A DNA stretch of 64,000 bases from an uncultured cyanobacterium (GCA_963803805.1 CAWDOD010000011.1:608001-672000); one strand, 5' to 3'; positions 30,301 through 39,147 are shown, numbered from the stretch's first letter. Made by a program: numbers and translations. The notes: a model not told the origin generated them from the letters alone.

Positions 30301-32976
30301 GCCCAGAGGGAAAAGCAACAAGCTGATAAAGCATTGACTACAGCTAGGCAAAGACGCGAAGCAGCAGAAGCTAAGGAGCAAGAAGCAAGGCAAGAATACG
30401 CAGCAGCACAAGCAAATCTTGAGCAGGCTAAGGAGGAGCAAACTAAGGCAGAGGAGAAAAGTCGGGAAGCGGATCAGAATCTGCAATTAGCGCAACAGCG
30501 GCTAAATCAAGCCCAGTCTAACTTAGTGGCGGCAGAGGAAAAGGAAAGAGAGGCGCAACGCAAGGCTGATGAGGCGGAAAGGGAACGAATTTTTGCGGAA
30601 GCGCAAACACAAGTTGCTGAAGAGAAACTAAGAGACGCTGAAAAGCAACAAGAGGAAGCAATAGCAGGGACAAAGCTAGAACGTGCAGGCGTTGCTGCCC
30701 TGAAGAAGTTTGAACGTCAACAATTGAGTGCGCTACTTGCTGCTATGAAAGCAGGGCGAGAATTACAAGAAATTGTTGAAGATGGGCGAACTCTTGCAGA
30801 ATATCCTGCGGCTAGTCCTATGCTTGCTTTACAAACTATTGTGCTTAACATTAGGGAAAAAAATAAACTTGAGCATCAGGGTTTTGTCAACAGTGTAGAA
30901 TTTAGCCCAGATGGAGAGCGTATTGTTACTGCTTCATCTGACGGCACAGCGAAGGTGTGGAACAAACAAGGGCAACTTCTCCACACCTTAGAAGGGCATC
31001 AGGGTGGGGTCAACAGTGCAGAGTTTAGCCCAGATGGGGAGCGTATTGTTACTACTTCATATGACCACACAGCAAAGGTGTGGGATAAACAAGGGCAACT
31101 TCTCCATACTTTAGAAGGTCATCAGGATGGGATATGGAGTGCAGAGTTTAGCCCAAATGGTGAGCGTATTCTTACTGCTTCAGCGGACGGCACAGCGAAG
31201 GTATGGGGCAAACAAGGTCAACTCCTTCATACCCTAGAAGGTCATCAGGATTGGGTCACAAGTGCAGAGTTTAGCTCAGATGGGGAGCGCATTGTTACCG
31301 CTTCAAGAGACAGCACAGCGAAGGTATGGAACAAACAGGGTCAACTCCTCCACACTTTAGAAGAACATCAGGATGCAGTATACAGTGCGGAGTTTAGCCC
31401 AGATGGGGAGCGCATTGTTACTGCTTCAAGGAATAGCCCAGCGAAGGTGTGGGATAAACAGGGTCAACTCCTCCACACTTTAGAAGAACATCAGGATGAA
31501 TTTTTCAGTGCAGAGTTCAGCCCAGACGGTGAGCGTGATGAAGTTTTCAGTGCAGAGTTTAGTCCAGATGGGGAGCGTATTGTTACTGCTTCAGGTGACG
31601 GTACAGCGAAGGTATGGGACAAACAGGGTCAACTCCTCCATACTTTAGAAGGGCATCAGCGTTTGGTTCGGAGTGCAGAGTTTAGCCTAGATGGGGAGCG
31701 TATTGTTACTGCTTCAGCGGACGGTACAGCGAAGGTATGGGATAAACAAGGGCAACTCATCTACTCCTTATCAGGTCATCAGGATGCAGTCTACAGTGCA
31801 GAGTTTAGCCTAGATGGGGAGCGTATTATTACTGCTTCATTTGAAGGTCCAGCGAAGGTATGGGATAAACAAGGGCAACTCATCTACTCCTTATCAGGTC
31901 ATCAGGATGCAGTCTACAGTGCAGAGTTTAGCCCAGATGGGGAGCATATTGTTACTGCTTCAGGAGACCGTACAGCGAAGGTATGGGATAAACAGGGGCA
32001 ACTCATCTACTCCTTATCAGGTCATCAGGATGCAGTCTACAGTGCAGAGTTTAGCCCAGATGGGGAGCGCATTGTTACTGCTTCAGGAGACGGCACAGCA
32101 AAGATATGGAACAAACAAGGACAACTTCTCCACACTTTAGAAGGTCATCAGGATGCAGTCTACAGTGCAGAGTTTAGCCTAGATGGTGAGCGCATTGTTA
32201 CTGCTTCAAGAGACGGCACAGCAAAGGTATGGAACAAACAAGGACAACTTCTTCACACTTTAGAAGGGCATCAGGGTGAATTTATCAGTGCAGAGTTTAG
32301 CCCAGATGGGGAGCGTATTGTTACTGCTTCAGGAAATGGCACAGCGAAGGTATGGGATAAACAGGGTCAACTCCTCTACACTTTAGAAAGGTATCAAGGT
32401 GAACTCATCAGTGTGGAATTTAGTCCAGATGGTGAGCGCATTGTTACTGCTTCAAGAGACGGCACAGCAAAGGTATGGAACAAACAAGGACAACTTCTCC
32501 ACACTTTAGAAGGTCATCAGGATGCAGTATACAGTGCGGAGTTTAGTCCAGATGGGGAACATATTGTTACTGCTTCATTTGATGGCACAGCGAAGATATG
32601 GGACAAACAAGGGCAACTCCTCCACATTTTAGAAGGGCATCAGAATATAGTCATCAGTGTGGAATTTAGTCCAGATGGGGAGCGCATTGTTACTGCTTCA
32701 GGTGACGACACAGCGAAGGTGTGGGACAAACAGGGTAGAGAAATAGCTAATTTCGATAAGCATAAGGATGCAGTATACAGTGCGAAGTTTAGTCCAGATG
32801 GGGAACGTATTGTTACTGCTTCCTATGATGGTACAGCGAAGGTATGGCCTGTAGACAATTTGGATGAACTTTTAGACAGGGGTTGCAACTGGTTGAAAGC
32901 ATATCTAACCAACTACCCAGAGAGAAATGTTTGGGAAGGGGGCAAATTGTGTCCAGGAATAAGTAATGAAGTATAG
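27391..32976 (+). CDS. Giant STAND (nSTAND1-like) NTPase with TPR region, TM helix, coiled coil and 16 WD40 repeats
   Basis: 1861 aa. N-terminal degenerate NTPase-like region, TPR-like helices, Walker A GESGVGKSS, Walker B IFDQFEEFF, YQLVHDYL, hydrophobic segment IKVGVGVLAMTLLSSAAVLAFAG, A/E/K/Q-rich coiled coil and GH...WD repeats. Confidence 0.9.
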   Translation: MSLSPNNEHKLTELIWEIKASQGEFRLILLRCNYLALQSQILQRLEQLGDIKIVHLQAGDTSLYRRLQTELGQAQTDAVVILGFEVLENVAEFLRNANLNRDRLAQEFPLPLIFCIDEEIYGELLRFAGDLESWGSSVDFCLTTEELLVTIRAGIEAVFAGVLVGEEVTDCPSCREILVASQELLNQGEELEVELQRDLAFLRGQDFFTQGRYDEALAAYHQGLTMLGDNDDKSKLAAFSLQIGFCHFQKGEQATETEEIHHWQQARDIWQQTLASFQGKRQDAKGKSINLPYLPTSPSPYLPTSLQLAEVLHRLEAWQALAGLLPSLQAQQPPEIRAQIAGFRALLALSKQRGEVAQVAANQALDLIAQVPLERQQQRSFYLLLLARAKQELADCQGAFSRQTEAVQLVATDHPKPYLKLLRQLQRHYFDKKEYRLAFLTKLQRRSLEQQYGFRAFIGAGTIANQVVGKKALTASGKREAIAQEIIAFGREEDVKNLAARVGDREHKLTIIYGESGVGKSSLVSGGLVPLLKSKPLGSQDALVMVLRVYTNWLLELGQLCTKALAAKGIVPPTPLTTQEAIIQQLRQCETANLRPVLIFDQFEEFFFLPTTPREKEQFFRFVGSCLEIIPLKVVYSMRKDYLDQMLEQPGLETIAEDILSKNVLYRVGNLAAATVPGIIRSLTERANFPLSPDLVTRLVEDLAGEQATIRPIELQIVGAQLQAEKITTLPQYEARGTKEALVEGYLQAVVADCGPENEQLAELLLLLLTDEKGTRPLKTRGELATELEALGQDLGRLDLVLEIVVKSGLVLLIPEQPEERYQLVHDYLAEFIQQQQQPQLARLQEEFAREREQRLLTQEELAKAEAAKETAIKQTARRIKVGVGVLAMTLLSSAAVLAFAGMRVTEADQRVVKAEKTEQEASKEVKEAEAKISQAEEREAAANQNLKQTEAKVTKVEQEANKARKNLQAAQREKQQADKALTTARQRREAAEAKEQEARQEYAAAQANLEQAKEEQTKAEEKSREADQNLQLAQQRLNQAQSNLVAAEEKEREAQRKADEAERERIFAEAQTQVAEEKLRDAEKQQEEAIAGTKLERAGVAALKKFERQQLSALLAAMKAGRELQEIVEDGRTLAEYPAASPMLALQTIVLNIREKNKLEHQGFVNSVEFSPDGERIVTASSDGTAKVWNKQGQLLHTLEGHQGGVNSAEFSPDGERIVTTSYDHTAKVWDKQGQLLHTLEGHQDGIWSAEFSPNGERILTASADGTAKVWGKQGQLLHTLEGHQDWVTSAEFSSDGERIVTASRDSTAKVWNKQGQLLHTLEEHQDAVYSAEFSPDGERIVTASRNSPAKVWDKQGQLLHTLEEHQDEFFSAEFSPDGERDEVFSAEFSPDGERIVTASGDGTAKVWDKQGQLLHTLEGHQRLVRSAEFSLDGERIVTASADGTAKVWDKQGQLIYSLSGHQDAVYSAEFSLDGERIITASFEGPAKVWDKQGQLIYSLSGHQDAVYSAEFSPDGEHIVTASGDRTAKVWDKQGQLIYSLSGHQDAVYSAEFSPDGERIVTASGDGTAKIWNKQGQLLHTLEGHQDAVYSAEFSLDGERIVTASRDGTAKVWNKQGQLLHTLEGHQGEFISAEFSPDGERIVTASGNGTAKVWDKQGQLLYTLERYQGELISVEFSPDGERIVTASRDGTAKVWNKQGQLLHTLEGHQDAVYSAEFSPDGEHIVTASFDGTAKIWDKQGQLLHILEGHQNIVISVEFSPDGERIVTASGDDTAKVWDKQGREIANFDKHKDAVYSAKFSPDGERIVTASYDGTAKVWPVDNLDELLDRGCNWLKAYLTNYPERNVWEGGKLCPGISNEV
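30868..32847 (+). repeat. Intragenic 123-bp (41-aa) WD40 tandem repeats, 16 units
   Basis: Consensus LEGHQxxVxSAEFSPDGERIVTASxDGTAKVWDKQGQLLHT, highly similar at DNA level. Confidence 0.95.
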
Positions 32977-32978
32977 AC

Positions 32979-33133
32979 TCTGGGGGGAACAAGATTTTCG
33001 GCGTTGCTGATCGTGGATATGATTTCGTCCCCCTGCCCACAATTCTGGGAGGAGAAAACAATTTAAAGTCCCCCAAATTGCTATCCATTAGGCAAAAGAG
33101 GTTAGGGTTCCCTTTAGCGTTGCCTACGGCAAC
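32979..33133. repeat. Mosaic of degenerate small repeats, including fragments of the DUF559-associated repeat
   Basis: TCTGGGGGGAACA (32979), TTTCGTCCCCCTGCCCACAATTCTGGGAGGAG (33023), AAAGTCCCCCAAA (33065) and hairpin GTTGCC-TAC-GGCAAC (33119-33133). Confidence 0.6.
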
Positions 33134-33357
33134 AGACTTTGAGACATTTATTCCTAAATTTTAGAGGAGGTTATTTTAACCGGATTTGCTATGATTCTTT
33201 CTTAAGACTCAGGGTTCGTTAATATTTATTATGTTATCTTGGTAGGTTAGACCCCAATAAGTTTTTTGATTTTAATAACAATTTCCCTTGACAAGAAACA
33301 CAATTTAGTATTTTTGGGTCTTTCAATAATACGAGAATAACTTAGGTCAATATCCCC

Positions 33358-36300
33358 ATGAAACCAAACAGGCGACATCTTTATTGGTTGTTGTTCCTGC
33401 TTTCCTTCACTGGAAATCTTTATAGCCAAAAAGTAGTCCAAGCTCAAGTAATAATACCTGCTAATGACGGTACTGGTACGGTTGTTACCCCAGAAGGTAA
33501 TCGCTTGGATATTTCTGGCGGTACTCTTTCAGGGGATGGAGCAAATCTTTTTCATAGTTGGCAACAATTTGGCTTAGATGCAGGGCAAATTGCTAACTTT
33601 ATTTCTAACCCAGAAATTCGCAACATTTTAGGGCGAGTTGTGGGGGGAAATCCTTCGGTAATTGATGGTTTAATTCAAGTTAGTGGCGGAAACTCTAACC
33701 TATTTTTACTCAATCCTGCCGGCATTGTTTTTCTTAATAATGCTCAACTAAATGTTCCTGGAGATTTTACAGCTACCACTGCTACAGGAATTGGTTTCGG
33801 TAATAATAATTGGTTTGATGCTTTTGGTAGTAACAACTACGAGAACTTAGTTGGTGAGCCGACTCAATTTGCTTTCGATTTATCCCAACCAGGAGTAATA
33901 GTTAATGCCGGAGAATTAGCTGTAGCTACAGGAGAAAATCTCAGTTTATTAAGTGGCAGTATTTATAATACCGGAAACCTTACTGCCCCAGAAGGGAAAA
34001 TAAACTTAATGAGTGTTCCCAGAAGCAGTATAGTGAGAATTAGCCAACCAGGAAACCTATTAAGCTTAGAAGTTCAACCTCCTCAAAATAAAGGATTTAC
34101 GGCTTTAGATTTGCCTGCTTTGTTAACTGGTTCCCTAGAAAATATTGATACTGGCTTACAAATTAATCAAGGGGAAGTCCAACTAGTTTATTCTGGAGAA
34201 ACAGTTCCAACAACACCCGGTACAACTATCGTTTCTGGCAACATAGATGTTTCTTCTGTTGCTAATCAAGGGGGCAATGTGGATATTTTGGGTTCCCGTG
34301 TTGCCCTAGTGGGAGCAAACATTAATGCTGTGGGTAATCAAGGTGGCACAGTCAAGATTGGGGGAGATTATCAGGGTAGGGGCGAGATACCCAATGCTGA
34401 TTTTACTGATATTAGTAACGACTCTTTAATTAATGCTTCTGGGAGTAAAGGAGATGGGGGTAGAGTAATTGTCTGGGCAGATAAGACAACTAATTTTCGA
34501 GGTGACATTATTGCCAAAGGAGGCAGTCATGGAGGCAATGGAGGTTTTGTAGAAGTTTCCGGTAAGCAAAATCTCTGGTTCCGGGGAAAAGTAGATTTAA
34601 GTGCCTCCCAAGGCAAAGTAGGAACCCTACTGCTAGATCCTGAAGATATCCTCGTTATTAATAGTGGCGGCAATAATGGTGCTTTAGCAGATAATCAAAT
34701 TCTTTTTAGCGATCGCCCTAATGAAACCTTCACCATTTCTGCTGCCATCCTGGAGAGTTTAAGCGGTAACATTTTATTAGAAGCTACCGAAAATATCACC
34801 ATCGACTCCGCTCTCTCTTTAAACTTCGTTCCCATGGGAGATATCACCTTTACAGCAGACTCTGATCGCAATGGTAGCGGTGCTTTCACCATGGGTAGCA
34901 ACCAATCCTTAACCGCACCAGGAAGGGATCTCACCATCTCCGCTGCCACCATAACAGCAGGAAATATCAATACCTTTTCTGATTCCCGTAGCGGCGGTTC
35001 AGTTCAACTAACAGCGAACCAAGGCAGGTTAAAGGTAGGTGATATCAACACAGCTTCAAGCGCCCCCATAACTGCTAGTAACAAAGATGGCGGCAGAGTC
35101 AGCTTAGAAGCAGATTTGGGAGAAATACAAGCAGGTAATGTTGATACTTCTTCTAGCTTTGGCAGGGGTGGTGCAGTGCAACTATCTACCCCAGACTTTG
35201 CAACCCTCAAAACCATTAATACCCAAGGTAGGGAAGCAGGGGGAGATTTTACTAGTAATAGTTTCTTATTAAGAATAACGGACACTTTCACCGATAACAA
35301 CAACATAAGAGCAAGTATTTCCACTGCTGCCTCTTCAGGTACAGGAGGATTAATCGATATTAATCATCGCAGCGGCGAATACAATATCCCCTTCATCGTT
35401 GGTAAAGCGAATTTTAATGGTACAACTGGAGCAATTACTAGCGGTGACTTTACCATTTTGCCCCAACAAAACTTTCCCTCTTCCTTCGAGTCAGGTTTTG
35501 TTAACCTAACTACCCCAGAACCAGTAAGTTCTTGCCCCCCTAAATGCGAAGAGAGCGAAGAAGAGCAAAAAGTCAAACCCATTGAGCAAGTACCTGCTGT
35601 CACCATGATAGGGCAAGTAGAAACCTCTTATACAGAGGAATTTACTGATTTTCTTGGTAGCAGTCCCCCGGAAGCAGTCAGTGTAGAACAAACCATAGAT
35701 ACCCTGCGGGAAACCCAAGAATTTACAGGCAAAAAAGCAGTCATCATCTATGCAGAGTTTGTTGATGATAACTTAGAAATTGCCTTAGTAAGTCCTAACA
35801 AACAACCCGTTAGGTATAAAATAGAAGGGGCAGAAAAAGCAAAAGTCCTAGAAACAACCATCACACTTAATCGCGCCCTTGCTAATGTACGCCGCCCCCA
35901 AGTTTATCTCGCTGCTTCTCAACAACTTTATCAGTGGATTATTGCCCCAGTTGCTCAGGAGTTAGCAGAGGAGGATGTAGATCACATTAGTTTTATCATG
36001 GATGCTGGTTTACGTTCCCTGCCCCTAGCGGCTTTGCATAGCGGCAAAGGCTTCTTAATTGAAGAATACAGTGTTGGTTTGTTACCAAGTATTTCCTTAA
36101 CCAACTTCAATTACTTGAATAGCCAAGAACAGCAAGTTCTCGCCATGGGTGCAGAATATTTTACTCGACAAATCTCTTTACCTGCTGTTCCTTTAGAATT
36201 ACAATCAATTGTTGGTAACTTGTGGTCTGGCAAATCTTTTATCAATGAAGAGTTCACCCTAGAAAACCTCCAAGAAGCCCGTTCTTCCCAACCCTTTGGT

Positions 36301-36792
36301 ATCATTCACCTAGCTACCCATAGCAAGTTTCGCCCCGGCAAACCTAGTAACTCCTATATTCAACTTTGGGATACCAAGCTAGGATTAGATGACTTGCCGA
36401 AGTTAGGCTTAAATAGTCCGCCAGTAGACTTATTAGTACTTTCTGCTTGTGAAACGGCTGTAGGAAGTACTGAGGCAGAATTAGGCTTTGCTGGTTTAAC
36501 AGTACAAGCAGGGGTTAACTCTGCCCTTGGCAGTCTCTGGGCTGTCAGTGATGAAGCAACATTAGGGTTAATGGGTGGTTTTTACGAACAGCTAAAATTT
36601 TCACCAAAAGCAGAAGCACTGCGGCAAGCACAGTTAGGGATGCTTAAAGGAACCGTTAAGTTAGAAGATGGCTATGTAGTGACAGGCTCAAGAAAGCTAC
36701 CTTTACCTGCAAAGTTAAAGAAATTGGGCAATCAAGACTTTTCTCACCCCTATTATTGGAGTGCTTTTACAATGATTGGCGATCCTTGGTAA
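33358..36792 (+). CDS. Filamentous-haemagglutinin N-terminal (TPS) domain protein with C-terminal CHAT (caspase-like) domain
   Basis: Signal peptide, NLFHS..QF and NPAGI TPS motifs, beta-helical GG repeats and LLDP. CHAT motifs IIHLATHS, LLVLSAC, SLWAVSD and HPYYWSAF. Confidence 0.92.
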   Translation: MKPNRRHLYWLLFLLSFTGNLYSQKVVQAQVIIPANDGTGTVVTPEGNRLDISGGTLSGDGANLFHSWQQFGLDAGQIANFISNPEIRNILGRVVGGNPSVIDGLIQVSGGNSNLFLLNPAGIVFLNNAQLNVPGDFTATTATGIGFGNNNWFDAFGSNNYENLVGEPTQFAFDLSQPGVIVNAGELAVATGENLSLLSGSIYNTGNLTAPEGKINLMSVPRSSIVRISQPGNLLSLEVQPPQNKGFTALDLPALLTGSLENIDTGLQINQGEVQLVYSGETVPTTPGTTIVSGNIDVSSVANQGGNVDILGSRVALVGANINAVGNQGGTVKIGGDYQGRGEIPNADFTDISNDSLINASGSKGDGGRVIVWADKTTNFRGDIIAKGGSHGGNGGFVEVSGKQNLWFRGKVDLSASQGKVGTLLLDPEDILVINSGGNNGALADNQILFSDRPNETFTISAAILESLSGNILLEATENITIDSALSLNFVPMGDITFTADSDRNGSGAFTMGSNQSLTAPGRDLTISAATITAGNINTFSDSRSGGSVQLTANQGRLKVGDINTASSAPITASNKDGGRVSLEADLGEIQAGNVDTSSSFGRGGAVQLSTPDFATLKTINTQGREAGGDFTSNSFLLRITDTFTDNNNIRASISTAASSGTGGLIDINHRSGEYNIPFIVGKANFNGTTGAITSGDFTILPQQNFPSSFESGFVNLTTPEPVSSCPPKCEESEEEQKVKPIEQVPAVTMIGQVETSYTEEFTDFLGSSPPEAVSVEQTIDTLRETQEFTGKKAVIIYAEFVDDNLEIALVSPNKQPVRYKIEGAEKAKVLETTITLNRALANVRRPQVYLAASQQLYQWIIAPVAQELAEEDVDHISFIMDAGLRSLPLAALHSGKGFLIEEYSVGLLPSISLTNFNYLNSQEQQVLAMGAEYFTRQISLPAVPLELQSIVGNLWSGKSFINEEFTLENLQEARSSQPFGIIHLATHSKFRPGKPSNSYIQLWDTKLGLDDLPKLGLNSPPVDLLVLSACETAVGSTEAELGFAGLTVQAGVNSALGSLWAVSDEATLGLMGGFYEQLKFSPKAEALRQAQLGMLKGTVKLEDGYVVTGSRKLPLPAKLKKLGNQDFSHPYYWSAFTMIGDPW

Positions 36793-36858
36793 TTAAGTAA
36801 TAAGCTGTCATAGTTTGTAAGTTGGTTTTTGAGGGGCTTGAACCTCATTTGACCAAAG

Positions 36859-37869
36859 CTACTTTAATAATCGAGGAATCAACTCACTAACCTGTTGGGG
36901 ATGAAGAAAAGCAGGGCGAGGATGTTTTCCTATAGTTGTATCGCAGTTTAGCACAGAATCGCGCATCTTTCCTGGAATCCCATCAACACCTACTACCGCA
37001 CCAATCAAACCGCCAACAATACAGGCATTGGTATCTGTATCTCCCCCACCGGCTAAGGTTTCTGCAATGGCAGTTTCATAATTTGAACCTAATAGTAAAT
37101 GGCGAAAAGCGTGAGTGAAAGCAATCTTAATAAAGCCAATTTGAGGAAGGTAAGGAACATTAACGTTATCTGCTGCATCATCAAGCCAACTGGTTACTTC
37201 TGCCCAGCAGTGATATTGATGACTATCCTGTGCCAAATCTGCTTGAGAATCTAACCAAGTCCTAGCATGGTTAAAAGCCAACTCTCCTTTACCTGGCTGT
37301 TTAATTAATGTTGCGATCGCAATACTATAACAAGCAACAGCATAACCACAGCTATGATTGGGATGAGACAAAGAAGTATCCTGTCTAGCAAAATTGGCAA
37401 TTTCTGAAACTTCTAAATCATGTCCCCAAATACCTAAAGGAGTAATTCGCATTAAGCTACCGTTGGCTTTTGACCCCATACACATTTTAGATGCAGATTG
37501 TTGCATCACTTCGGCATAGCCTACTTGAGCAACATCCACATCCCGAAACGCCCCCAAAGAATAAGATGTGGTAAAACCCATATCAAAAGGACGAGATTCT
37601 ACCCACTGGGCATAGTTACGGGCAATTATTTCTAAATCAAACGTCTCACTTTCTCCTAAAGCCCTTGCCAAACATAAGGTTAATTCTCCATCATCGGTAA
37701 CTTGCCCTGGTGCTACTTGTAAATCTCCGCCTCCAGGCATACTCATCGCCCAAGCTACGTCTTCTGAGGTGATGTCATCCTCAAAAAATTCTAAAGTTGC
37801 TCCCGCCGCATCCCCTACTAATGCACCGAATAAACAACCAGTGGCAGCATCATATTTAGGTTGGTTCAT
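36859..37869 (-). CDS. ADP-ribosylglycohydrolase family protein
   Basis: GALVGDAAG, GQVTDDGE, ANGSLMR and GGDTDTNA motifs. Confidence 0.93.
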   Translation of the reverse strand: MNQPKYDAATGCLFGALVGDAAGATLEFFEDDITSEDVAWAMSMPGGGDLQVAPGQVTDDGELTLCLARALGESETFDLEIIARNYAQWVESRPFDMGFTTSYSLGAFRDVDVAQVGYAEVMQQSASKMCMGSKANGSLMRITPLGIWGHDLEVSEIANFARQDTSLSHPNHSCGYAVACYSIAIATLIKQPGKGELAFNHARTWLDSQADLAQDSHQYHCWAEVTSWLDDAADNVNVPYLPQIGFIKIAFTHAFRHLLLGSNYETAIAETLAGGGDTDTNACIVGGLIGAVVGVDGIPGKMRDSVLNCDTTIGKHPRPAFLHPQQVSELIPRLLK

Positions 37870-37988
37870 TTTTATAGTTAATCTTGATTCAAAAGAATAG
37901 GACTGAAATAACGTCGCTTGAGACTATTTTAACTGTGCCAAATTGTGCCAATCCAGTAACGCACCAATTCTCTTATGATCAATGTAAG

Positions 37989-38008
37989 TATAATGATAAC
38001 CATTATCA
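37989..38008 (+). promoter_or_regulatory. Zur (Fur-family) box overlapping a -10 element
   Basis: TGATAACCATTATCA (37994-38008) is one mismatch from the cyanobacterial Zur consensus TGATAATnATTATCA. TATAAT lies at 37989-37994. Located upstream of a metal-binding lipoprotein. Confidence 0.75.
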
Positions 38009-38059
38009 TGTACTCTAGTTTATCTAAAATCTAGATTTGAAGAATAGGACTGAAAATAT

Positions 38060-39070
38060 ATGACCAAAGCTGTCAGCCTCTTAGCTAGTGCTGCTGTTGC
38101 CATCACTATGGGTATGTCAGGTTGTGCTGAAAATAGCCAGCTTGAGGAAACAAATAACCAAGGTGCCATAGAAGCAGAAGGAAAGCCAAAAGTTGTAGTT
38201 TCTAGTAGCATTCTTTGCGACTTAACCGCACAGATTGCCCAAGAAACCATTGCCCAAACCTGTTTAATAAACAGAGAACAAGATCCCCATACCTATAATA
38301 CAAACACTTCTAGCCGCAAAGCCATTGAAACAGCCCAGCTAGTTCTCTATGACGGCTACAATCTAGTACCAGCAATTGAAGATTTAGTAACATCTGTAGA
38401 TAGTCCTGCTCCTAAAGTAGCTGTTTACGAAGAAGCTGTTACTAAGCCAATTATGGCGGCTCATCATCACCATGATCATGAGCAGGAAAATAGTCAGGAA
38501 AAAGAAGAACTTGAGGCAGATCCCCATGTTTGGCATGATGTCGAAAATGTTATTGCTGCTGTAGAGGTGATTGAAAAAGAACTCGCCGCAGTTAACCCCG
38601 ATCAAGCAGAATTCTACCAAAAAAATGCAGAACAGTTTCAAGAACGTTTAAAAGAGTTAGATAATTGGGTTAAAAAGCAAGTTGCTACGATTCCCCAAAC
38701 CAAACGCACTTTGGTAACAACCCACGAAGCTTTCAACTACTACACCCAAGCCTATGGCTTTACCAATAGCAAAGCTTTGCAGGGAATAAGTACAGAAGAT
38801 TCACCAGCAGCAGCAGATGTAAAACAGCTAGTCAAGATGTTGAAAGAAATAAAAGTACCAACTATTTTTTCAGAAGCAGCAGGCAATGATAAAATCATTG
38901 CCACAGTTGCCCGTGAAGCAAAAGTCAAGGTAGCTGATGAGGGTCTGCGTACAGAGACTTTAGGGAACAAAGATAGTGAAACTGGTACTTACATTGGCAT
39001 GATTGTTACTAATACTTGTATCATTGTTGAAGGTTTGGATGGTCAGTGTTCCATGTTCAATGTTCAATGA
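38060..39070 (+). CDS. Zn/Mn ABC transporter substrate-binding lipoprotein (ZnuA/TroA family)
   Basis: Lipobox MSGC, DPHTY, His-rich loop HHHHDHE, DPHVW and TTHEAFNY motifs. Confidence 0.93.
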   Translation: MTKAVSLLASAAVAITMGMSGCAENSQLEETNNQGAIEAEGKPKVVVSSSILCDLTAQIAQETIAQTCLINREQDPHTYNTNTSSRKAIETAQLVLYDGYNLVPAIEDLVTSVDSPAPKVAVYEEAVTKPIMAAHHHHDHEQENSQEKEELEADPHVWHDVENVIAAVEVIEKELAAVNPDQAEFYQKNAEQFQERLKELDNWVKKQVATIPQTKRTLVTTHEAFNYYTQAYGFTNSKALQGISTEDSPAAADVKQLVKMLKEIKVPTIFSEAAGNDKIIATVAREAKVKVADEGLRTETLGNKDSETGTYIGMIVTNTCIIVEGLDGQCSMFNVQ

Positions 39071-39147
39071 TGCCTAATGGCGACGGCAAGGCATATAATT
39101 AGGTTGTAGAGGCAAACCAAAGTTTAAATTGGGTCGCCTGCCAATTA

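Noticed and set aside
30868-32847. Diversity-generating retroelement target
   Set aside because: There is no reverse transcriptase or non-coding template repeat in the window, and the variation is not evidently adenine-specific.
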